Shown piece by piece: positions 1 through 9,894 of a stretch of DNA of 64,000 nt. The notes beneath the pieces are model-generated. The model was not told where the DNA came from. It was given only the letters and a program-made list of their open reading frames with translations, and ran no database searches. Positions within the stretch are counted from its first letter, which is position 1, and each line of letters opens with the position of its first letter. Both the position numbers and the translations under genes were made by a program. Origin of the DNA: a virus; IMG/VR virus record IMGVR_UViG_3300045988_082903, positions 1-64,000 of that record; one strand, given 5' to 3'.

Positions 1-15
1 CTCCCATTTTTTCTC

Positions 16-1728
16 TTATAGTGCTAAAAGGTACTTATATTTGAAAAATACCATATCTTGTGTCTTAATGCAAGTTTTCCTACTAAATATCTTGTGTTGT
101 TCTGAATGTAGAGTAAAAATCATATCGTCAGAACGGCGCAAGGGAAACCCCCATTTTTCAAGGCTTCCAGACCTCAATTGAAATGTTAGTGTTGCACATG
201 TAACCGCCAACGGTTCAACGGTAATTTTCTCAAAAAGTTCATTAACAATCTGTCTGTTAATATCTTGTGGAGTAACACCTTTGAACTTTTCTAGCTGTTC
301 TTTAATAGCACTTAATTGTATTTCTACTGGCTCTGGACTTTTGGTATTTTGGATTTCTAGAATATGACTCTCAATCTGCTTTATCTGCTTCACGTATTCT
401 TTATTTCTTGAAATAAATTCATCATCAGATATTTTTCCATCCAGATTATATTCCAGTATTTTTTCACGTTTTTGTTTTAACAGATCAATCTGTTTTTCAA
501 GTCGTGAGATTTCGTTTTTATTGTCTGGAATGTTTTTGATCGAGGACTGCAAAATTTCAAAATATTCCTCCAAAATGCTGTCAATATTTTCAGAAGATTT
601 ATTTATCAATTCTGCAATTATTTCTTTCAGTTCTGATTCTGCCAGCCCGAACGAATTGCAAGAAGCTGCTCCGTTTTTTATTTTATAGCTGCACACCCAT
701 CGAACATCCTCTTTTCCTCTGATATAATGTTGCTTCATCCAGTATGGTGCTCCGTCATTTGCGCAGAAAAGTTTTCCAGTGAAAATATTTTCGCTTTTAA
801 AAGAGGTTCTTCTTGATTTTATGGCTTCTCCACGCTCTCTTAAATATGCGTTTGCCTTTTCCCAGGTAGCTTCATCAATGATCTGCGGTACTCTTGAACC
901 ATCATCCTTAAACATTATCCATTCTGACTGCGGAAGAAATTCTTGTTTCTTGGTGAACATATCGACAACCTTTACTTTTCCTCCACAATAGTATCCTTTG
1001 TATTTTGGATTCCGAATAATATTTTTTATGACATCCCGGTTGATTTTCCCACCTTTGAAACTTCTGTATCCCATATCCCAGAGCTTTTTTTCGATTCTTG
1101 GCGTAGATATTCCGGAAGCGTAATCTTGAAAAATCATTCGAACCATGTCCGCTTCTTCTGGAACCAGTTCGAGCTTTCCTTGATTGTTTGAGTATCCATA
1201 CATTCTGTGCCCGAGAACAACACCATTTTTGATTGACTGTGCGTGTCCAAATTTTACTCTTGAAGAAAGCTTGCGGATTTCGTCCTGCGCTACCCCAGCC
1301 ATAATAGTAAGTCGGAACTCACTATCATCATCAATAGTGTTAATTCCATCGTTTTGGAACCACACGCATACGCCATAAGATAACAATTCCCTGGTATATT
1401 GGATGCTGTCAAGAGTATTTCGTGCAAATCTTGAAATTTCTTTCGTAATAATCATGTCAATTTTTCCGAGCTTTGCATCTCTGAGCATTCTTTGAAATTC
1501 TTCTCTTTTATCCGCATGTATTCCAGAAATACCATCATCAATGTAAGAACCAGCAAACTTCCATCTGTTGTTAGAATGTATCAGATCTTCAAAATGTTCC
1601 TCCTGGTGCTTAATGGATGCTTGCTGTTCAACTTTTTCAGTAGAAACCCTGGCATAATAAGCAACATTTAGTTCAATGTCGTAAATAGAGCAATTTCTTA
1701 ATTTTTCTCTGACATAATAAATATTCAT
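16..1728 (-). CDS. Large serine recombinase (phage integrase)
   Basis: ORF 16..1785; resolvase-type N-terminus (YYARVSTEKVEQQ), recombinase domain, Cys-rich zinc-ribbon region and C-terminal coiled coil; start moved to ATG 1726-1728 behind GGGAGA. Confidence 0.9.
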   Translation of the reverse strand: MNIYYVREKLRNCSIYDIELNVAYYARVSTEKVEQQASIKHQEEHFEDLIHSNNRWKFAGSYIDDGISGIHADKREEFQRMLRDAKLGKIDMIITKEISRFARNTLDSIQYTRELLSYGVCVWFQNDGINTIDDDSEFRLTIMAGVAQDEIRKLSSRVKFGHAQSIKNGVVLGHRMYGYSNNQGKLELVPEEADMVRMIFQDYASGISTPRIEKKLWDMGYRSFKGGKINRDVIKNIIRNPKYKGYYCGGKVKVVDMFTKKQEFLPQSEWIMFKDDGSRVPQIIDEATWEKANAYLRERGEAIKSRRTSFKSENIFTGKLFCANDGAPYWMKQHYIRGKEDVRWVCSYKIKNGAASCNSFGLAESELKEIIAELINKSSENIDSILEEYFEILQSSIKNIPDNKNEISRLEKQIDLLKQKREKILEYNLDGKISDDEFISRNKEYVKQIKQIESHILEIQNTKSPEPVEIQLSAIKEQLEKFKGVTPQDINRQIVNELFEKITVEPLAVTCATLTFQLRSGSLEKWGFPLRRSDDMIFTLHSEQHKIFSRKTCIKTQDMVFFKYKYLLAL

Positions 1729-1809
1729 AGTGCATTTCTCCCTTAATAAACAGGGAGTGGAATCATATAAAGTATAACACCTCATATAAATCCACTCAAT
1801 ACATTGTCG

Positions 1810-1995
1810 TTACTTTCTAATGCTGATTTCAGCTTTAATTTTATCTCTTGTTTTCTCATCTATCAGACCAAGTGAGAACATTCTTTCGTTTATGGCATAC
1901 AATATAGCTTTTTCCATTAATTGTCCCTCCATATAATTATCTCGTTTTAAGCGCTGTTTTTCTTTATCTTTTGTATGCCCTATAATTTCTACCAT
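1810..1995 (-). CDS. Hypothetical small protein
   Basis: 61-aa ORF packed between neighbours on the coding strand; no recognisable motif. Confidence 0.45.
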   Translation of the reverse strand: MVEIIGHTKDKEKQRLKRDNYMEGQLMEKAILYAINERMFSLGLIDEKTRDKIKAEISIRK

Positions 1996-2046
1996 TATTC
2001 TCTTTTGAACGATTCTGCACTATTTTAAGTATACAATTATCACGTT

Positions 2047-2259
2047 TTACAACAAATCAAAGATGTTTACCTGTCCATCAATCAGAGATTTTTCCAGGTT
2101 GTAAAATTTACAGGCTATATAATCTGGGTTCCAATCAATTTCCAGTTCGTATTGTAAACACCGCGGATGCTTACCACCACGGAAGAATCTGCATTCCGAA
2201 CAGGTATGCTGATAAGCTGTACCTCCAGATCGCTTATACATTTCGCTTATCTTCCTCAT
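2047..2259 (-). CDS. Hypothetical Cys-rich small protein
   Basis: 70-aa ORF with CxxC...C...C pattern, abuts upstream gene. Confidence 0.5.
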   Translation of the reverse strand: MRKISEMYKRSGGTAYQHTCSECRFFRGGKHPRCLQYELEIDWNPDYIACKFYNLEKSLIDGQVNIFDLL

Positions 2260-2498
2260 AGAATCACTCGCTTTACTCTTGACTTTCCTCTCGCTTTCTT
2301 CTTGAAGATACCATTTTTAACACAATCCCTCGGATCACATCCTCTGCTATGTTCTTCAATTAAGATATAATCACAGGTTGCATTTGTGCTCCATGCATTT
2401 TCGCTCTTGCTGTAATAGTCGCATTTTGAGCATTGTCTCCGCTTTAAGCCTATAATTTCAGTGCTTTTTAATTCTCTCCATGGTTTTCTATCTGGCAA
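2256..2498 (-). CDS. Hypothetical Cys-rich small protein
   Basis: 80-aa ORF, TTG start 7 nt after GGGAGGTG; CSKCDYY...C motifs. Confidence 0.5.
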   Translation of the reverse strand: MPDRKPWRELKSTEIIGLKRRQCSKCDYYSKSENAWSTNATCDYILIEEHSRGCDPRDCVKNGIFKKKARGKSRVKRVIL

Positions 2499-3028
2499 TT
2501 TTCCGCACCTCCCAATCTGGCAGTATCTATAATTTTTAAAAGGTCTGGACTTAGTTTTCTTCGTTCTTGTTCTCTTTGTACTTCTGCCCGGTAAGTCCTT
2601 TGGAAATTAGACTGAACTACACTCCACCATGTGCCATCTATATTCCCTGATTTCGCCCATTCTTCTAACTGCCCCGGACTTGATACTGCTTTCTGAACTA
2701 TTTCTGGAAGTTTAGAAAATTCTTCTTCCGCATGGTATATAGAGTTCCAAATTGCCCTTGATACCAGATTCCAAGCTTCTGTTTCGTTCAGTTCGTCAGA
2801 CTGTGGCGCAAGGCTCTGCGCGCATTGCCGTAATGCAGCTATTGTAGGTTCTTTCCATTCAGTTTGCATATATTTCTTCAACCCAAAACTTAAAAGCTTG
2901 TAATCTAGGTCTTTCAAAAGTCCGTACCAAGTATCAAAAGCATATTGATCTGGCAGAAATGATGGAGAAGTGTACACAGCTTTCATTGCCTTTACCAGTA
3001 CCGCCCATTCTTCTCTTGTCATACCCAA
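2468..3028 (-). CDS. Probable helicase-loader type replication protein (G39P-like)
   Basis: 186 aa directly after replisome organiser; N-terminus TREEWAVLVKAMKAVY..FDTWYGLLKDLDY recalls the G39P loader family (memory-based); start TTG 3028 or ATG 3022 after GAGGTGG. Confidence 0.5.
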   Translation of the reverse strand: MGMTREEWAVLVKAMKAVYTSPSFLPDQYAFDTWYGLLKDLDYKLLSFGLKKYMQTEWKEPTIAALRQCAQSLAPQSDELNETEAWNLVSRAIWNSIYHAEEEFSKLPEIVQKAVSSPGQLEEWAKSGNIDGTWWSVVQSNFQRTYRAEVQREQERRKLSPDLLKIIDTARLGGAENCQIENHGEN

Positions 3029-3939
3029 TTATCCACCTCGCTTACCCTGTTTTGGATTTTCTCCATGTAGCTTTGAGGCTTGTTGCCGGATTTATCAAGA
3101 TAGTTCCCTTCAAATACCTTTGCAAAGTTACCGGGCTTTAAGAACCAATCGAAAGTTATCATCCAGCCTTCTTTGTTCTGCCCTTGTAAGAAGCTGCTAT
3201 GGCGAATGTTTTCAATGGCTTCTAAGATATCGTCCATATGGTTCTGACGGATTCTAGCTTTTACTGCCTGTTCTCGTTTTGGTGTCATTCTTTTTACAGG
3301 AGTGATACCAAATTCTTCCAGAGTATTCCATTCATCAATGATTCGTTGGACGTCAGTCTGACGAATAGTATCTTTAGATACTATTAAATCATTCTCTTCT
3401 TCTATTTCTTTTTCTTTATTATCTAATTCTTTATTATCTAGTTCTTTATTATATACTTCTGCCGAGCTAACGTTAGTTTTACTGTTAACTTTACCGTAAA
3501 GTTTACTGTTAGTTTTACACTCTATTTTGTCTTTCTGCTTTTTTCGATATTCTTGCATATAGTTTCGCATATATTGGCTTTTTTGCTCAATTTTATCAAG
3601 ATTTTGATATTTTCCCCAGTTCGGAATTGTGTAAACTCCGGAAACAATTTCGATCATTCCGTAGTTCTCAAATGTTTTTAACGCTAATCGAACCGTGTTA
3701 ATATCTCTCCTGAATACTGTTGCCAACATTTCATCAGTATATGCAATCTTATCGTTTAGGATAAAAACACCGCTGTTGTTATTTTTTCCGGCTAAGCACA
3801 ACAATTTAAACCAGATTACGATAATGCTGTCCGCACTTGGCAAATTTTCAATTAGCATTATTTTTTCATCATCAAAAATGTCTGAACATATTTTTATCCA
3901 TTTTACAGTGCTTGCCAATTTTGAAATTCCTTTCTCCAA
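3019..3939 (-). CDS. Phage replisome organiser (DnaD-like C-terminal region)
   Basis: 306 aa; KWIKICSDIFDDEKI..LPSADSIIVIWFKLLCLAGK..AYTDEMLA matches replisome-organiser N-terminal domain pattern. Confidence 0.75.
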   Translation of the reverse strand: MEKGISKLASTVKWIKICSDIFDDEKIMLIENLPSADSIIVIWFKLLCLAGKNNNSGVFILNDKIAYTDEMLATVFRRDINTVRLALKTFENYGMIEIVSGVYTIPNWGKYQNLDKIEQKSQYMRNYMQEYRKKQKDKIECKTNSKLYGKVNSKTNVSSAEVYNKELDNKELDNKEKEIEEENDLIVSKDTIRQTDVQRIIDEWNTLEEFGITPVKRMTPKREQAVKARIRQNHMDDILEAIENIRHSSFLQGQNKEGWMITFDWFLKPGNFAKVFEGNYLDKSGNKPQSYMEKIQNRVSEVDNWV

Positions 3940-3961
3940 TCTCTGGATTTTTAAAAAGTGT

Positions 3962-5083
3962 TTATTTTAATTCAACTTCAATTCCATTGATTTTCAGTTC
4001 TCCATTTACCGGAACCACAAGAGATGGAACGCCGTTTATTTCTTTCAATTCAATCAGAGCAATTTTATCCGGCTGGATGCAGATTGTTGCATCTGGTGTT
4101 ACAATTTTTGCAGTTTTTGAATTGTGGATATTGTCAAGTGCAGCAGGCTCATTACTGAAATACGTTTCCCAGTTTTCCTTGAAATCTGATAACTTCTCGC
4201 CTGGAACTCCGCAATATTCAAAAATCTGTTCCATTTCATCACATGATACAGTTATCATCTCCGGGCTGTCTTTCTTCTGTTCTCTTACTTCCTGCAAAGA
4301 TTCAATTAGGCTTTCAGTGAAATTGAATGTTGTGTTTCCTTCGAAATTGTCCATGATAAAATCTGAAAAGACATTGATCTCATTTCCCGGTATACGTGGA
4401 ATTGGTGTGCCAAGAACGTTTTCGATGAAGTCTGGATGAATATTCTTTATGTTTTTGTTGAAATACAAAGTTCCATGAATATCAGTACTTCTGTCATTGA
4501 ATACAGGGAATAAGAATCCTGTTTCTGGTCTTGAGACTACCCAATCACGAATTCTGCCTTTGATGTTATTTTCAGCCACATCATAGCTAAGCCCAGCCTT
4601 TGAAAGATTTACTGGACAAATGCTGCACAGAATGTGTTCATAAATTTCTTCTGATGCATCGTGCATTTCGGTTCCATCAGAAGCTTTTCCTGGAATATCA
4701 TATACTGCATGAATGAGAACTATGTAGTAATTTTCTGGATAATCGTAATTTTCAATCACTTTGTCGTAAAACTCATCCAAAAGATCATCATCTTTAAGCT
4801 TACTTGCTCTGATCCGCATAAGAAATTCCTGTGTTCCACCCTCTTTTTCCTGTGCTAATGGGAATTCAAGATTCATAAGGCTTTTTCCAAGTCTGCCAGA
4901 CATGGTTTTCTTGAAAATGTCAAAATACTTAAACATTTCTTCCTCTGGAAGGGAAAGGAAAGCTTCTTTAATTTTGGTTTTCTTATTTTTTTCTGCATCC
5001 ACATAACAACCACAAATGCGTGTGATTGCACAATTGGCTGGTGTAAACTGCTTCTTGATCTCTGTGATTTCTTTCTTATTCAT
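3962..5083 (-). CDS. DUF4317-like protein
   Basis: 373 aa; N-terminus MNKKEITEIKKQFTPANCAITRICGCYVD resembles DUF4317 family (memory-based). Confidence 0.6.
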   Translation of the reverse strand: MNKKEITEIKKQFTPANCAITRICGCYVDAEKNKKTKIKEAFLSLPEEEMFKYFDIFKKTMSGRLGKSLMNLEFPLAQEKEGGTQEFLMRIRASKLKDDDLLDEFYDKVIENYDYPENYYIVLIHAVYDIPGKASDGTEMHDASEEIYEHILCSICPVNLSKAGLSYDVAENNIKGRIRDWVVSRPETGFLFPVFNDRSTDIHGTLYFNKNIKNIHPDFIENVLGTPIPRIPGNEINVFSDFIMDNFEGNTTFNFTESLIESLQEVREQKKDSPEMITVSCDEMEQIFEYCGVPGEKLSDFKENWETYFSNEPAALDNIHNSKTAKIVTPDATICIQPDKIALIELKEINGVPSLVVPVNGELKINGIEVELK

Positions 5084-5085
5084 GA

Positions 5086-5463
5086 TTAATCCTCCCTATT
5101 TCTATTTTTATTTTTGATTTTTTCATAATAAAAAGTCACATCATCTGTAACAATTCTAACAATTCCAAACCTTTCTCCTACTTGAAACGGAATGCTATCC
5201 CTCATAAGTCTTTTTGGAATCCCAGAAAGATATTTTCTAAATTCTTCTGGTTTTAAAGCTGATTTGTAATGATTGCAAGAGCGACACGCAGGAAGCATAT
5301 TGGAAATATCGTCCTCTCCGTCACAACGTATAGGATTTACGTGGTCTACTTGCATATCTTTATATTCCAATGCGCAACCACAGTAAGCGCAATACCCTTT
5401 GCATTTTTCATATACTTTCATGCGCTCTTCTTTTGATAATTTTCGCCTTTTTGGAATTTTCAT
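5086..5463 (-). CDS. HNH endonuclease
   Basis: CAYCGC...DHVNPI...ACRSCNHYK HNH/zinc motif. Confidence 0.85.
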   Translation of the reverse strand: MKIPKRRKLSKEERMKVYEKCKGYCAYCGCALEYKDMQVDHVNPIRCDGEDDISNMLPACRSCNHYKSALKPEEFRKYLSGIPKRLMRDSIPFQVGERFGIVRIVTDDVTFYYEKIKNKNRNRED

Positions 5464-5614
5464 ATTTTCGCTTCCAGATTGTTATTTTTGATAGTATGAA
5501 CAGACTATAAATAGAATCCAAAATGCACATAAGCACAATGCGTTTTCAATGTAATAAATTCTAATAGACACAGTAACAGCGGCTAAAATCCATACAATTG
5601 TTTTGACGATGCAG

Positions 5615-5905
5615 CTATAATAATTCTTTTTGACTAATTCTTTTTACCTCTCTCGCCTGTTTCTTCTCAATCCACTTATTGATTTTTTCATCGGAAATCA
5701 TGTACATTTGCTTTAACATTTCGATGCAGATCAACACATCTGCAATTTCTTCTATCATGTTATCACGGTTGATTTTTCCGCGCTTTGCCTTACTGATTGC
5801 TTGGATAAGTTCTGCGCATTCCTCCATGCAGACGGTTGCCTGAATTTCTTCTCCGTAATGGTCAACGCTTCTAGCAATAACGCTTTCGTCAATGTTATAT
5901 GTCAT
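5615..5905 (-). CDS. MazG-like nucleotide pyrophosphohydrolase
   Basis: EECAELIQAISK...EEIADVLICIEML paired-EExxE motifs; start taken at ATG 5903-5905. Confidence 0.7.
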   Translation of the reverse strand: MTYNIDESVIARSVDHYGEEIQATVCMEECAELIQAISKAKRGKINRDNMIEEIADVLICIEMLKQMYMISDEKINKWIEKKQAREVKRISQKELL

Positions 5906-6182
5906 TTTCTTCGCTCCAATCCAGTTTCTGCCCACACCTAGTACAGTATTTACCAACAATATCTATGTTGTAATTACAATTTGGGCAGTTACCGTAAGCA
6001 CCAACTTTTATTTTTTTACCTATCCCGAAGTCCATGTATATTTCACATAAGTTGTCTACTTTCTTCGGAATCTGCTTTTCAAGCGCCTTAATAGCTTTTT
6101 GTCTAGTTTCTAAATCAACCATAACTAACCCGTCTGGAAGTTCTGGGTATCTTAATTTTTTTAATGCTTCTTCTGGTTTCAT
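5895..6182 (-). CDS. Hypothetical zinc-ribbon protein
   Basis: Start ATG 6180-6182 after AGGAGG; C-terminal CPNC...CTRC ribbon. Confidence 0.55.
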   Translation of the reverse strand: MKPEEALKKLRYPELPDGLVMVDLETRQKAIKALEKQIPKKVDNLCEIYMDFGIGKKIKVGAYGNCPNCNYNIDIVGKYCTRCGQKLDWSEENDI

Positions 6183-6192
6183 ATTAATCCTC

Positions 6193-6459
6193 CTAATGAT
6201 TGTTTTTCTTGGAGAAATCATAGTCAATAAACAGTGTTTCCTTTTTGCCACATTTCTTACATACCAATTTGGTTTCCCCATTTCTGCACCAATGCCATTC
6301 AATTTCATATACATGTGGTTTACAAAGACATTTAATCTTGCAGCCATTCTTGCGCCATCTGTTGAATTTGTTGATTATTGTGCAGAACAATCCGTAAATA
6401 ATAACACCAGCTACGCACGTTCCCAACGCCATAAGAATTTCTTTTATCGCTTCAATCAT
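6193..6459 (-). CDS. Hypothetical membrane/zinc-ribbon protein
   Basis: 88 aa; N-terminal hydrophobic helix then C..C...CKKC. Confidence 0.5.
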   Translation of the reverse strand: MIEAIKEILMALGTCVAGVIIYGLFCTIINKFNRWRKNGCKIKCLCKPHVYEIEWHWCRNGETKLVCKKCGKKETLFIDYDFSKKNNH

Positions 6460-6940
6460 TCTTCATCTCCTCCAGCTGTTTTACTGCTTTTCTACAATCT
6501 CTATTTGCAGACCGGAACATCATCAAAAGTATTTCAGACACAGGTCTTGTCCGATTTCTTCGCTTTGCTTTTTTGATGCATGTAAGATCATTTGCTTCTG
6601 GTACATATATTCCTACATAATGTGGAATTTCAAGGGATACCGCAGCGCATGTATCTGTTGGCATAACCAGGTAGTTATAATCGCCAATAAAATTCAACCC
6701 ATGACCAGAACGAAAATCTTCAGCTGATGATTTAATCTCATAACAATAGCAGTCACCTTTTTCTATCCCGGACACACTATTATTTGCTGGCACGAACCGC
6801 ATATAATCCACTCTGACCGCATGATCTGTCGAATAATCAAATGTAACTTCCTTAGCCCAATAAATACGTGGATCATTGTGAGGATTGATTTTCTTTTCGA
6901 TCATTGCTGATAGTTCTGCTGTAATCTCAGGTCTTGTCAT
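6452..6940 (-). CDS. PD-(D/E)XK-type nuclease-like protein (MmcB-like)
   Basis: VDYMRF...CYCYEIKSSAEDF...NYLVMP resembles D..ExK nuclease core. Confidence 0.5.
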   Translation of the reverse strand: MTRPEITAELSAMIEKKINPHNDPRIYWAKEVTFDYSTDHAVRVDYMRFVPANNSVSGIEKGDCYCYEIKSSAEDFRSGHGLNFIGDYNYLVMPTDTCAAVSLEIPHYVGIYVPEANDLTCIKKAKRRNRTRPVSEILLMMFRSANRDCRKAVKQLEEMKND

Positions 6941-7155
6941 TTCTTCATCTCCTCCAGCTTCTTCTCGGCTTCTTCACGAGTGAGGAACCATGTTTTTCCG
7001 TATTCTACGTCAACACAAATAACGTTTGGGGCATAAATACTGTCTTTATCACACTGTACAAGCCAACCACTTTGTGAAAATACAATGCTGTAAACTTTTT
7101 GATGATACACTCTGTTATTTACTTTATATCCATTCAGCCCATTTACCATTATCAA
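6937..7155 (-). CDS. Hypothetical protein
   Basis: 72-aa ORF overlapping neighbours by 4 nt. Confidence 0.5.
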   Translation of the reverse strand: MIMVNGLNGYKVNNRVYHQKVYSIVFSQSGWLVQCDKDSIYAPNVICVDVEYGKTWFLTREEAEKKLEEMKK

Positions 7156-7182
7156 TCCGCTTTGCCTTAAAAAGAATTTCTC

Positions 7183-7437
7183 TCATTCAACTCCACCACC
7201 TTCTAAGATTCTAATAGCGTAATCTATAGCTCTGTTCCACTCCAAGTCCTCATCATTGGAAACAACACGAAATCTGTTCATAAGCGATTCCGTAACTTTT
7301 TCCGCATCAAAAGCTGTCGGCTGATTGTCAATTACTTTAGCAAGTTCACTCAATGACACACATTTGAAAAAATCTTCAAATTCGCCTGTGCACTTGCAGT
7401 TTTTCTTTAATAAGTCTGCATCTATTAATCTACCCAT
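7183..7437 (-). CDS. Hypothetical protein, tandem paralogue 2
   Basis: RLIDADLLKK...QPTAFDAEKV...EGGG shared with adjacent 7438..7695. Confidence 0.6.
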   Translation of the reverse strand: MGRLIDADLLKKNCKCTGEFEDFFKCVSLSELAKVIDNQPTAFDAEKVTESLMNRFRVVSNDEDLEWNRAIDYAIRILEGGGVE

Positions 7438-7695
7438 TCAATTTCCACCACCTTTCACGATTTCTATCGCCCTGCTCAACCCAGCATTGTATCCTTGATG
7501 TACATCAGATAAGATACATTCCGATTCAATGAATTTATCTCTTTTCAACTCACCAACAACCTTGTCCACATCAAAAGCTGTCGGTTGCTCGTCCACAATA
7601 TGTATATATCTGTCTATAATATTCTGTATTGGTTCTCCTAAAATATTTTGAAGCAGTATATCTTTTTTTAATTTATCTGCGTCGATTAACCGCAT
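7438..7695 (-). CDS. Hypothetical protein, tandem paralogue 1
   Basis: RLIDADKLKK...QPTAFDVDKV...KGGG shared with 7183..7437. Confidence 0.6.
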   Translation of the reverse strand: MRLIDADKLKKDILLQNILGEPIQNIIDRYIHIVDEQPTAFDVDKVVGELKRDKFIESECILSDVHQGYNAGLSRAIEIVKGGGN

Positions 7696-7698
7696 TCC

Positions 7699-8091
7699 TT
7701 AATCCTCCTTATACGGTTCTGGAAGTGGTCGCCATGCCGTAATATCAATCCAATCATAATTGCTATCAAGATAATATCCGTCACAATCAATGAAGCACGT
7801 ATCTTGCCATGTTGTTTCTCCGTTAGTAACCAATATTTCTTGTCCGTCATCTGGCATTTTGCAGTCAAGCATATACTGTATATCAGTTGATATGGATTCT
7901 TCCGCACGTTCTTTTTCTGATATCTGATGATATTTTACCGGAATCCACCCATTTTCTTTCTCGTCCTGTTCCAGATCGTCCAGAAGACTATTTACGATAT
8001 CCAGCGCACTCCCTGGAAGCCCATGCTTATACTGCGATTTCTTTTCTATCTCAGCTTTGTATTGCTCTAATCTGGTTCGTACTCTGCTCAT
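7699..8091 (-). CDS. DUF551-like protein
   Basis: GWIPVKY...ITAWRPLPEPYKE C-terminal signature typical of DUF551. Confidence 0.5.
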   Translation of the reverse strand: MSRVRTRLEQYKAEIEKKSQYKHGLPGSALDIVNSLLDDLEQDEKENGWIPVKYHQISEKERAEESISTDIQYMLDCKMPDDGQEILVTNGETTWQDTCFIDCDGYYLDSNYDWIDITAWRPLPEPYKED

Positions 8092-8381
8092 GCTTCCACC
8101 TCCTCATAAGTTTCTCTAAATATATCTGGCTTACACGGATAAAATTCTCCGTGAACACCACGGATGATATAATCACCAATATTCGCCAGATGTTCGCCCT
8201 CGAGTGTTTTAATAACCAGACCACCCGGAACCTTCCAATGGTCAATATAGAAATTCTTGCCTTCTGCCGATATGTACTGGTCTGTACACTGATAGTCCGT
8301 CAGGAAATCGAACATTTCTCTATGATTTGTACAAGTCCACTGAAGTGCATCAATTACAACTGGTTTCTTTCTGTACTTCAT
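8088..8381 (-). CDS. Hypothetical phage protein
   Basis: 97-aa ORF, MKYRKKPVVIDALQW start, 4-nt overlaps. Confidence 0.55.
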   Translation of the reverse strand: MKYRKKPVVIDALQWTCTNHREMFDFLTDYQCTDQYISAEGKNFYIDHWKVPGGLVIKTLEGEHLANIGDYIIRGVHGEFYPCKPDIFRETYEEVEA

Positions 8382-8737
8382 GCTTCCACCTCGCTATCCT
8401 CTGGCATCTGGAACGTCATTCCTTTTTTGAGCATTTCTCCAATTTCTCCTGCATGCGCTTTGTTTTCTTCCGTTTTTGGCTTCATACTTAATGTCCTGCA
8501 TACTTCTGGAATTACATATTTTGTGTATTCCGAATCTCCATATGCTTCCTGGATCATATCCAGTACTTTCATGGCTTTTTCTTTGGTGGAATATTTTCCT
8601 AAAATAAGATATCCTCCATTTCTCTGTGCATCCTGCAAACTCCAACATATAACATTCAACGAATCTGGGAGCTTTAGATTTATTACAATGTTTTCAAACT
8701 TTACCAGTGCTGTTTTATCCTGGCTTCTGATTAACAT
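8378..8737 (-). CDS. Hypothetical protein (paralogue of 15080..15433)
   Basis: Shares MLIRSQD / ..YSTKEKAMKVL.. / FQMPEDSEVE pattern with 15080..15433. Confidence 0.55.
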   Translation of the reverse strand: MLIRSQDKTALVKFENIVINLKLPDSLNVICWSLQDAQRNGGYLILGKYSTKEKAMKVLDMIQEAYGDSEYTKYVIPEVCRTLSMKPKTEENKAHAGEIGEMLKKGMTFQMPEDSEVEA

Positions 8738-8749
8738 TTTGTGTCCTCC

Positions 8750-9313
8750 TTATTCGATAAAATTTGTTCCGCACTGACAATGATAACTAATATGTCCGTT
8801 ATACTTGCTTACATTTGCTATCACCTTTCTACCGCATGAAAAACAAGTTACCTCTTTTGTCAGCGGCTTTTCGTATTCTTCTACTTCTTTATCTTGAATA
8901 AACCTCTGACCGCACCAGTGGCACTGCTTAGTGCTGTACGGCCTCTCTCCACAAATAGGACATTCTGGAATTATTCCGTAACCATCATTTATGATTGGGA
9001 GTTTTATCGGCTCTCGCTTTGAATAGATATTCCAGAGTTCTTTTCTGCGGTTTTCTCCGTCTTGCTCTATTAAAGCCTTGTACTTCTCTTCCTCTTCTTT
9101 GTCCCAGTAAATGACACAGGCTTTGTCTTCTGGTGAAATGTCTTTGGTGTACGGCTGTGTCGTGCAATGATAGCCTGTTTCGCCCTTCCTTTTTCTTGAC
9201 TGACATCTCATGCAGCCACCGCATTTTTTATCCATCAATTCTTCTGGATAAATGCTTGTGCTGGAACGTCTTGCTCTTTCTGGCATTCCGTCACTGAATT
9301 TAATTTCACTCAT
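8750..9313 (-). CDS. Multi-zinc-ribbon protein
   Basis: 187 aa with four or more CxxC pairs (CGGC, CPIC..CHWC, CFSC..CQC). Confidence 0.55.
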   Translation of the reverse strand: MSEIKFSDGMPERARRSSTSIYPEELMDKKCGGCMRCQSRKRKGETGYHCTTQPYTKDISPEDKACVIYWDKEEEEKYKALIEQDGENRRKELWNIYSKREPIKLPIINDGYGIIPECPICGERPYSTKQCHWCGQRFIQDKEVEEYEKPLTKEVTCFSCGRKVIANVSKYNGHISYHCQCGTNFIE

Positions 9314-9372
9314 TATTTACCCTCCTTTTTCAACATCGGAAATAGCCATCCGGTCTTTTCGTTCAATGCAAT

Positions 9373-9501
9373 TCAATAAAAATTTAGCTCTGATAATTGG
9401 TACTCTTTATTGCATCTTTCACAGGTGAATCCTTTCGTTTTACTGTATTGCCCTATAATTCCACCGCATCCACATCTACAGTGTTTATAATCTATTTCCA
9501 T
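9373..9501 (-). CDS. Possible 42-aa zinc-ribbon peptide
   Basis: ATG 9499-9501; CRCGC...CERC; fills gap, but the SD abuts the start codon. Confidence 0.3.
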   Translation of the reverse strand: MEIDYKHCRCGCGGIIGQYSKTKGFTCERCNKEYQLSELNFY

Positions 9502-9507
9502 CCTCAC

Positions 9508-9894
9508 TTACGCTCCAAATCTTCTGACCAATTCTTTATTCAAATCTGGAATCCGCACATCTGTTTCAGATTCCAACTCTTCAACCATGTTCATAAAACT
9601 TCTTTCTCCACGGTTCGCTTGGCCTACAAACTCATTTGCACAATTAATTACGTCCAAAAGCCTTTTAGTGGAAAAGCCATGCAATTTCCGTAATGCCAGC
9701 ATGGTTGTTACCGTGTTAATTGTATTCGCCCAGTCGTCACCAGTACTGAATCCATCGTTGTAAGCCTGATCTTGCATAAATTCAAGCTCTTTTCTCGAAT
9801 TCTGCATGGCTCTGGCGAATGCCTGTGACATTTGATTGTCACAAGCCAGCACCCTATTTTTCTTTGGTGCTTTCATCTTTAATTTGCTTCCCAT
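9508..9894 (-). CDS. Hypothetical protein
   Basis: 128 aa; ATG 9892-9894 five nt after GAAAGGGA. Confidence 0.5.
   Translation of the reverse strand: MGSKLKMKAPKKNRVLACDNQMSQAFARAMQNSRKELEFMQDQAYNDGFSTGDDWANTINTVTTMLALRKLHGFSTKRLLDVINCANEFVGQANRGERSFMNMVEELESETDVRIPDLNKELVRRFGA

Noticed and set aside
1-1728. Phage attachment site or prophage boundary next to the serine recombinase
   Set aside because: The window starts inside the 3' end of the recombinase gene, and the right edge is still phage-like. No flanking host DNA or att repeats can be evaluated here.
7686-7907. Track ORF 7686..7907 (-), and nested ORFs 8394..8648, 8985..9224, 8051..8245 and 27383..27565
   Set aside because: They lie almost fully inside better-supported ORFs in another frame. 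They lack SDs and have odd composition.
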